Below are positions 56,159-64,000 of a stretch of DNA of 64,000 nt, piece after piece. Numbering within the stretch: position 1 is the stretch's first letter; every line of letters starts with the position of its first letter. The position numbers and the translations under genes were made by a program. Source of the stretch: Macrostomum lignano. Its lineage: Eukaryota. Location: contig NIVC01001513.1 in assembly GCA_002269645.1 (NCBI GenBank), forward strand, positions 1 to 64,000. The letters run 5' to 3'. The notes beneath the pieces are model-generated. The model worked only from the letters and a program-made list of their open reading frames with translations, searched no databases and was not told the DNA's origin.

Positions 56159-56311
56159 TTGAGGCAGCCCCAAGACAATAGACTTTCCTACTAAAGCAGA
56201 GTTTGACTGCATCGGGTCTGCGCCACTTCCCCAGTTTGTTGAGATTCTCAAGCTCACAGCCTCTCACTCAGTGCTGCCTTCTCAGTCCTACTTACTGGAC
56301 GGCCTTCCAAA

Positions 56312-57596
56312 ATGTCCTTATCGAGCATTGCCGTCATCGTGGCCATCTGGAGCTCTCGAGCTGCCGGTGAGACCTTCGTCTTCGACAAGAGGCCGGACCT
56401 GTGCTTCGCGGAGGCGGCCCCGGCTGCTGGCGACCAGCGCAAAGTGCTCGGAGTTGTTGACTCTCGAGTGTGCGCGGTTGAGTGCGCGGTCAACACCAGC
56501 GTGTGCTCCGTGTACCAATACCTGCCTGGCAACAAATCCTGCGTCCTTGGCAACAGCTGCGACCTGCTGCTGAAGTGGCAGAGCACTGGCGGGCCAGCGT
56601 GCGACACGCAGACGCTTCGAGATCGGGCAGCGTGCGGGACCACAGCATCATCTACTGTCTCGACTACAGCTACAACCCAAACAACAACCACTGCACAAAC
56701 CGCATTTCATGGTAAATTGAGCATGAGATCTTCCGATCTAAATGCCGGGTCATGGGTGCCATTAGCGAACACTGTATCAGATTATAGCAATACAACACAT
56801 GGAACTTCTTCCAGCTCCTCCGTCGGACTCGAGCAACCAAACTGGATCGGTGCAGACTTTCACTCCGCCGACCGACGGCTGCTATCGAATCTCGGCTTGG
56901 GGCGCCAGAGGCGGCAAGTCATCCGCTAACGCGAACGGCGGCAGAGGCGCATTCAAGAGCGCCAATTTCATGCTGACCACGTCGCAAACTCTCACGCTTG
57001 TTGTTGGCAAGCCGGGAAACAGCGGCAGCAGCGGCGGAGGAGGCGGAGGAGGCGGCAGCTTTGTGTACACAACCGGCGACAACACGCTGCTGCTGGCGGC
57101 CGGTGGCGGAGGAGGCGGCGGCGCCGAGTCGTCCTCGTCGGTCGGCAGAAACGGAACAAGCAGCACCGGAGGCTCTTGCGGCACATCAGACGAACAAGGC
57201 GGTGACGGAGACAGCAACGATAACTCTGGCGCGGGCGGAGCTGGCTGGAGCTCAGACGGAGCAGCTCGAGCCACTGGCAATGGCGGAGGCCACGGTGGAA
57301 GAGGCATCGGCGGCAGCTGGGCCGGCGGCAACGCGGGAACGGGCAGCAACGGCTTCGGCGGCTACGGCGGAGGCGGCGGAGGCGGCAACAACGATGGTGA
57401 CAAGGGAGGCGGCGGTGGAGGCGGCGGCTTCTCTGGCGGTTGTGGAGGATCCGGCGACAGCGATGACGGCTACGGAGGCAGCGGCGGCAGCTACGCGAGC
57501 TCATCCGGCAAGCAGGCCGCGGGAACGACAGGCGGCAACGGTGAAGTCTTCGGCAAGGTGAGCATCGCTCAGGTGGACGGCTCTCTGTGCCATTAA
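56312..57596 (+). CDS. Secreted PAN/apple + Thr-rich linker + ALK/LTK-like glycine-rich domain protein, 393 aa (exons 56312-56711, 56815-57596)
   Basis: Signal peptide MSLSSIAVIVAIWSSRAAG; PAN-like CFAE...VCAVECAVNTSVCSVYQYLPGNKSCVL; intron CATG|gtaaat...cttccag|CT (103 nt, phase 1); exon 2 YRISAWGARGG...LTLVVGKPG...GGGGGGSFVY...LLLAAGGGGG...GGFSGG...GGSY...GKVSI as in the ALK/LTK glycine-rich ectodomain. No TM segment or kinase. Confidence 0.85.
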
Positions 57597-58274
57597 CATG
57601 AGCACTCAGTCATTAGTTTGCTACTGTTTATAAATACAGGAAAATAAGGGGCTTGTGAATTGGATCAACTATTTGAAGGAGCGTCATTTGAATTAACGTT
57701 GGGTTGGAAGATGTTGAGTGACAAACCAGCAACTTTGCAATCGTACAATTAAGACTTCTTACTTTCTGAATATATTTTTGATTAAATATTTTTTCTTCAC
57801 AAAGCCAATTCATTACGCGTATCGATTGACTTTCTCTTTTGTACTGCTCAGTTCTGAATTATGATTTATGCAGCCATGACCATATTAGCCGTAATCCACT
57901 GACCCATGGTAACAAGCTTGAGTGCTTTGTCACAAAAATAAAAAATTTGTTCTGGTACAATTTGATTTTTTCCGAATGTCTTCATAAAAAAGTTTCACTA
58001 CTTACAGTAGGGTGACGTGTATTAGCAACTGCAAACTGGTTTTGTTGAACTTAAATAAATGGGCGAGTCATTCTGATGCAGTGGTTTCTCTTTAAATTCT
58101 CTAGCAAAAGGCAGCGTTCACCTATTCGAGTATATTTTATAAAGCAGTCTTTCTCTAATAAACTGAAATACGTTAATGCGAGCTATTTACTCTCTATAGC
58201 AACGTTATGGCTCTGTGACTTCTTCACGCTTAAGTCAGGCTTTGGAAGGATCTAAAAGCTGTGCGATCAGTGCT

Positions 58275-59255
58275 AGGCACATTGGAAGGGTACAGTGGAA
58301 GGTTACAGTTGGTTCGCAGAGTTGAAGGGCACAGTGGAAGGGTACAGTGGAATGTCACAGTGGAAGGGCACAGTGTGGAAGGCTACAGTGGAAGGGCACA
58401 GTGGAAGGGCACAGTGGAAGGGCACAGTGGAAGGGCACAGTGGAAGGGCACAGTGTGGAAGGGTACAGTGGAAGGGCACAGTGGAAGGGTACAGTGGAAG
58501 GGTACAGTGGAAGGGCACAGTGTGGAAGGGTACAGTGGAAGGGCACAGTGTGGAAGGGTACAGTGGAAGGGCACAGTGGAAGGGTACAGTGGAAGGGTAC
58601 AGTGGAAGGGTACAGTGGAAGGGTACAGTGGAAGGGTACAGTAGAAGGGTACAGTAGAAGGGTACAGTGGGTTCGCAGAGTTGAAGGGTACAGTGGAAGG
58701 GTACAGTGGAAGGGTACAGTGGAAGGGTACAGTGGAAGGGTACAGTGGAAGGGTACAGTGGAAGGGTACAGTGGAAGGGTACAGTGGAAGGGTACAGTGG
58801 AAGGGTACAGTAGAAGGGTACAGTGGGTTCGCAGAGTTGAACGACACAGTGGAAGGGTACAGTGGAAGGGTACAGTGGAAGGGCACAGTGTGGAAGGGTA
58901 CAGTGGAAAGGCACAGTGGAAGGGTACAGTGGAAGGGTACAGTGGAAGGGTACAGTAGAAGGGTACAGTGGGTTCGCAGAGTTGAACGACACAGTGGAAG
59001 GGTACAGTTGAAGGGCACAGTGGGTTCGCAGAGTTGAACGACACAGTGGAAGGGTACAGTGGAAGGGTACAGTGGAAGGGCACAGTGTGGAAGGGTACAG
59101 TGGAAGGGCACAGTGGAAGGGTACAGTGGAAGGGTATAGTGGAAGGGTACAGTAGAAGGGTACAGTGGGTTCGCAGAGTTGAACGACACAGTGGAAGGGT
59201 ACAGTTGAAGGGCACAGTGGGTTCGCAGAGTTGAAGGGCAGAGTTGAAGGGCACA
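58275..59255. repeat. 13-bp minisatellite (GTGGAAGGGTACA)n
   Basis: About 70 units in the spacer of the inverted gene duplication. Confidence 0.94.
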
Positions 59256-60418
59256 TTGAGTAATTCATCTCCACTTGAGAGCCGCGCGTGTCTCCGCTGC
59301 AAATATCCCGGCAATTTCATGAACCTGCTGTACGAATCACTGAACGACTTGCTTCCAGGCTTACCTGACGCCTTCTTCTTCTTGGCCGAGCTGCTCCATT
59401 GCGGCTAGCAGAGATTGTAGCCGACTTGGCTCTCCCTCGTCCCGCAGACTTTGTTGGATCGCCTGCTGTCTTGGCTGGCTCCTTGCTCATTGCGTCCGGT
59501 TAGAGTCGCTGCAACGCCACTGTTATGGCTGAGACGGATCACTGGCTTATTGGTTCATGGCTGATAAACGCCAAAATGTGTTATCAAGCTCAACTTTAAT
59601 TTTTTCTACGAGTGCTAGCATTTCATATGCGCATCGCATCTTTCAGCTACAAGCCGATGAAAATAAATGGTAGCAGTCCGTGCTGGCGATTCAAGTCTGT
59701 GATCGAGCCAGAGCAAACATTATGTGGGAAAAAGCGCCCATCAGCTGGGATGTTCTACAAGTGTTTTAGTTAAGGTTTCTAAGCGAAACTCCCATGCCAG
59801 CAGTATCATAGTTTGAGGGATTGGGGGCCAGTGGCAGCTGATTGACTACAGAACTCGAATGATCTTTCCTTTAGAAAAAACCTTAAAGAATAATCACTGC
59901 ATCAGACTGACTCGCCCGTTTATTCCAGTTCAACAAAACCAGTTCAGAAATACGTGTCACCCTACTGTAAGTAGCAAAACTCGGATAGCTTTTTACATGA
60001 AAACGTTCAGAGAAAGGATCAAGTCTTTCAAGAAAAAAAGTTTAATTTTTCAGACAAAGCACTCAAGCTTGTTAACATGGGTCAGTGGATTACGGCAAAT
60101 ATGGTCATGCCTGCATAAATCATAATTCACAACTGAACAGCACAAAACCAGCAGAGAAAGTCAAACAAAGCTTGGCTCGCTTTGTGAATAAACGAATTTT
60201 ATATTCAATATTTAATTAGAAAGATCACCCTAGGTTGCAAGCAAAATATAATATAAATATTTAATCATAAATATTCAATCATATCATTTTGGATTAAATC
60301 ATAAATATAATCAAAAATTGATAAAAAATGACGTTCCTTCAAATAGTTGATCCAATTCACAAGCCCCTTATTTTCCTGTATTTATAAACAGTAGCAAACT
60401 AATGACTGAGTGCTCATG

Positions 60419-61364
60419 TTAATGGCACAGAGAGCCGTCCACCTGAGCGATGCTCACCTTGCCGAAGACTTCACCGTTGCCGCCTGTCGTTCCCGCGGCC
60501 TGCTTGCCGGATGAGCTCGCGTAGCTGCCGCCGCTGCCTCCGTAGCCGTCATCGCTGTCGCCGGATCCTCCACAACCGCCAGAGAAGCCGCCGCCTCCAC
60601 CGCCGCCTCCCTTGTCACCATCGTTGTTGCCGCCTCCTCCGCCTCCGCCAAAGCCGCCGAAGCCGTTGCTGCCCGTTCCCGCGTTGCCGCCGGCCCAGCT
60701 GCCGCCGATGCCTCTTCCACCGTGGCCTCCGCCATTGCCAGTGGCTCGAGCTGCTCCGTCTGAGCTCCAGCCAGCTCCGCCCGCGCCAGAGTTATCGTTG
60801 CTGTCTCCGTCACCGCCTTGTCCGTCGGATGTGCCGCAAGAGCCTCCGGTGCTGCTTGTTCCGTCCTTACCGACCGACGAGGAAGACTCGGCGCCGCCGC
60901 CTCCTCCGCCACCGGCCGCCAGCAGCAGCGTGTTGGGGCCGGTTGTGTACACAAAGCTGCCGCCTCCTCCGCCTCCGCCTCCTCCGCCGCTGCTGCCGCT
61001 GTTTCCCGGCTTGCCAACAACAAGCGTGAGAGTTTGCGACGTGGTCAGCATGAAATTGGCGCTCTTGAATGCGCCTCTGCCGCCGTTCGCGTTAGCGGAT
61101 GACTTGCCGCATCTGGCGCCCCAAGCCGAGATTCGATAGCAGCCGTCGGTCGGCGGAGTGAAAGTCTGCACCGATCCAGTTTGGTTGCTCGAGTCCGACG
61201 GAGGAGCTGGAGGGAGTTCCGTATGTTGTATTGCTATAGTCTGATACAGTGCTCGCTAATGGCACCCATGACCCGGCATTTAGATCGGAAGATCTCATGC
61301 TCAATTTACCATGAAATGCGGTTTGTGCAGTGGTTGCTGTTTGGGTTGTAGTTGTAGCTGTCGA
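60419..61364 (-). pseudogene. Inverted, 5'-truncated copy 2 of the PAN-GRD gene (exon-1 remnant 61364-61310, intron 61309-61207, exon 2 61206-60419)
   Basis: Near-identical to 56660-57596. Signal peptide and PAN region are absent because homology stops at TCGA 61361-61364. GARGG is changed to GARCG. Confidence 0.8.
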
Positions 61365-63235
61365 CTGAATCCTTCGGGAACTTATGTCAATAAAACTCTC
61401 TTATTTGAAGTAAATTCTTATAGAATGAACCACGTTAATGCGCAGACTCTCTATAGCTTTCAGCGATCACAAAAGTTGTAGCTGTGTGACTTCATCATGC
61501 AATGGGTCGGTATGTGACAGTGTCAGGCTTTTGGGCTCCTCGCAACTGCCGGAATGCAGATTCCAGAAGTTCGCCATCTGCACATGGGAATGCACGGTTG
61601 AGAAGGATCTCGAGCATGCAGTCTCCCATCTGTCAGATCTCGAGCATGCAGTCTCCTATCTGTCGGATCTCGAGCATGCAGTCTCCCATCTGTCGGATCT
61701 CGAGCATGTGAGCATGCAGTCTCCTATCTGTCGGATCTCGAGCATGCAGTCTCCCATCTGTCGGATCTCGAGCATGCAGTCTCCCATCTGTCAGATCTCG
61801 AGCATGTGAGCATGCAGTCTCCTATCTGTCGGATCTCGAGCATGCAGTCTCCCATCTGTCAGATCTCGAGCATGCAGTCTCCTATCTGTCGGATCTCGAG
61901 CATGCAGTCTCCTATCTGTCGGATCTCGAGCATGTGAGCATGCAGTCTCCCATCTGTCGGATCTCGAGCATGCAGTCTCCTATCTGTCGGATCTCGAGCA
62001 TGTGAGCATGCAGTCTCCTATCTGTCGGATCTCGAGCATGCAGTCTCCTATCTGTCGGATCTCGAGCATGTGAGCATGCAGTCTCCTATCTGTCGGATCT
62101 CGAGCATGCAGTCTCCCATCTGTCGGATCTCGAGCATGCAGTCTCCCATCTGTCAGATCTCGAGCATGTGAGCATGCAGTCTCCTATCTGTCGGATCTCG
62201 AGCATGCAGTCTCCCATCTGTCAGATCTCGAGCATGCAGTCTCCTATCTGTCGGATCTCGAGCATGTGAGCATGCAGTCTCCTATCTGTCGGATCTCGAG
62301 CATGTGAGCATGCAGTCTCCCATCTGTCGGATCTCGAGCATGTGAGCATGCAGTCTCCTATCTGTCGGATCTCGAGCATGCAGTCTCCTATCTGTCGGAT
62401 CTCGAGCATGTGAGCATGCAGTCTCCTATCTGTCGGATCTCGAGCATGTGAGCATGCAGTCTCCCATCTGTCGGATCTCGAGCATGCAGTCTCCCATCTG
62501 TCGGATCTCGAACATGTGAGCATGCAGTCTCCCATCTGTCGGATCTCGAACATGTGAGCATGTAGTCTCCCATCTGTCGGATCTCGAACATGTGAGCATG
62601 CAGTCTCCCATCTGTCGGATCTCGAACATGTGAGCATGCAGTCTCCCATCTGTCGGATCTCGAGCATGCAGTCTTCCATCTGTCGGTCTGAGAGCCCAAG
62701 CGCAACATATGCGGCACGAGACCGAAGAGGTAGCAACATCAAGGCCGCCTGTCTGCCACCGTCAGCACCGTATATGCACTATAGAGCAGTTTCTGCGTTA
62801 GAGTCAAAGAAAGCGCTACCCTGTTAAATAGTTAAAGACATGTAAAGTCATGTTGAAGACATCTACATGTAAATGCAGCTCAGTTCAAAGCTACTTCGGC
62901 GCTGCCATCACAGGAGCCCAATATTTGCGTAATCACACGACTCGTTCACAAGCTGCTGTATCTTTGTACATCCTATGTGTGATTTCATGGCAGCGTGAAC
63001 GAGCTATTGAGTCACATCACTGACGTAACAAGCAACAACAAAAGTGAAGAATATTACAGAGGCGAGGGAGATATTTTTAAGTGGTGTCCAATCGAAATTC
63101 TCTGTGCCAGTATCATCAGTGCTATTGGCAGCTCATTGACTACCAAAATGGTCTCTGACAAGGTCAATTCACTAATAATTTTGTTTTTCTGGCTTTTAGA
63201 GGGCTTTTATATAACTTCCCGACGGATTCAGTCGA
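61361..63235. mobile_element. Putative non-autonomous TIR element carrying an internal minisatellite
   Basis: Imperfect ~40-bp inverted ends: TCGACTGAATCCTTCGGGAACTTATGTCAATAAAACTCTC (61361-61400) and GAGGGCTTTTATATAACTTCCCGACGGATTCAGTCGA (63199-63235). No transposase seen. Confidence 0.55.
61608..62690. repeat. 30/38-bp minisatellite (GAGCATGCAGTCTCCYATCTGTCGGATCTC, with or without GAGCATGT)
   Basis: About 32 units inside the putative TIR element. Confidence 0.95.
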
Positions 63236-63798
63236 TTCTTTGCCTGAAATCTCTCTTGCCTTAAATGCTTTGTCGCCCGTAGTGCCTTCAGTATGGTTCT
63301 GTCAGCAAGCCTAAAACTAGAAAGAAAATATGCACCACCCCCCAACACTGATGGCGCGCCAGGCATACCATGGGTCTCATTTAACATCAGCTTAAAATGG
63401 AAGAGCTGAAATATCGACCGCTAATGGATAGCCTTCCCTCAAAAGAGAAGTTCTTTGGGTAACGACGCTAAGTGCCTTCACGAATAGAGATTACTATAGA
63501 AAGTTTGCCAAGTCGTTTGTTGCAGAGCACCCATCCATTCTTAAGACTCGTCTCTCAGTAGACCGTGATAAGCCCCCCATTGGTAGAAATTTTTGTGGCA
63601 CAGACTTTAACAAAAACTGAGTCTTTTTGCGTTTTCTAACATTTACAGCTTTTATCTCCCCATCAGGAGTTATCCCCTCCCATTATCGCCTCCCATTTCA
63701 AGCTACGCTCGTACGCTACTGTGGCCTCTCGTTTCCCACTCTCGCTCCCCTCCTCTCTCACTCTCTCACATTTTCTCTCTGTCAGTTTGTTTCTCAAA

Positions 63799-63812
63799 GT
63801 TTCCATGGAAAC
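63799..63812. promoter_or_regulatory. Perfect RFX X-box upstream of PAN-GRD gene copy 3
   Basis: GTTTCCATGGAAAC, same position relative to the ATG as in copy 1. Confidence 0.55.
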
Positions 63813-63965
63813 ATTAGGCAGGCCCCAAGACAATAGACTTTCCTACTAAAGCAGAGTTTGACTGCATCGGGTCTGCGCTACTTCCCCAGTTTTTGAGATT
63901 CTCAAGCTCACAGCCTCTCACTCAGTGCTGCCTTCTCATTCCTACTTACTGGACGGCCTTCCAAA

Positions 63966-64000
63966 ATGTCCTTATCGAGCATTGCCGTCATCGTGGCCAT
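63966..64000 (+). CDS. Start of PAN-GRD gene copy 3 (runs off the window)
   Basis: ATGTCCTTATCGAGCATTGCCGTCATCGTGGCCAT is identical to the start of copy 1; the ~200 nt upstream (63765-63965) is homologous to 56110-56311. Confidence 0.85.
   Translation, partial: MSLSSIAVIVA

Noticed and set aside
56799-57596. Calling the glycine-rich ORF an ALK/LTK receptor gene or a bacterial PE-PGRS horizontal transfer
   Set aside because: Stop codon follows the domain with no TM segment or kinase; the gene has a spliceosomal intron and a metazoan-type PAN module, so neither label is supported.
59320-59490. Short minus-strand ATG ORF with a GTAAGC donor (MSKEPAKTAG...RRRRRQ)
   Set aside because: No recognisable domain and no downstream acceptor or exon identified; below evidence threshold.

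Overview
Eukaryotic (metazoan) genomic DNA: GC-rich, polyQ-rich exons separated by introns that are mostly micro- and minisatellite. This style suggests a free-living flatworm such as Macrostomum, which is an inference only. In order: (1) a complete, young Ty3/Gypsy (Mag-like) LTR retrotransposon at 319-4834 with a GTTGG target-site duplication, upstream of the terminal PHD3 exon of KDM5/lid (5128-6025); (2) an inverted pair of tRNA-derived SINEs; (3) a three-exon RIC-3 gene (+); (4) a 20-coding-exon still life/TIAM Rac-GEF gene on the minus strand (13918-44277; EVH1-PH-CC-RBD-PDZ-DH-PH, about 2007 aa), with two homopolymer frameshifts in exon 2; (5) a 5'-truncated Penelope-like element with a minimal hammerhead ribozyme; (6) an accessory cluster from 53 to 64 kb. 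That cluster holds a PAN-like pseudogene, a foldback element, a minisatellite-filled TIR element, and three copies (full, inverted and truncated, and window-edge) of a secreted signal peptide + PAN/apple + Thr linker + ALK/LTK-type glycine-rich protein. A perfect RFX X-box precedes the two copies that retain their 5' ends. Most long ORFs in the supplied track are translations of tandem repeats. No CRISPR, rRNA or true tRNA genes were seen. All identifications were made by eye from motifs, not from database searches.
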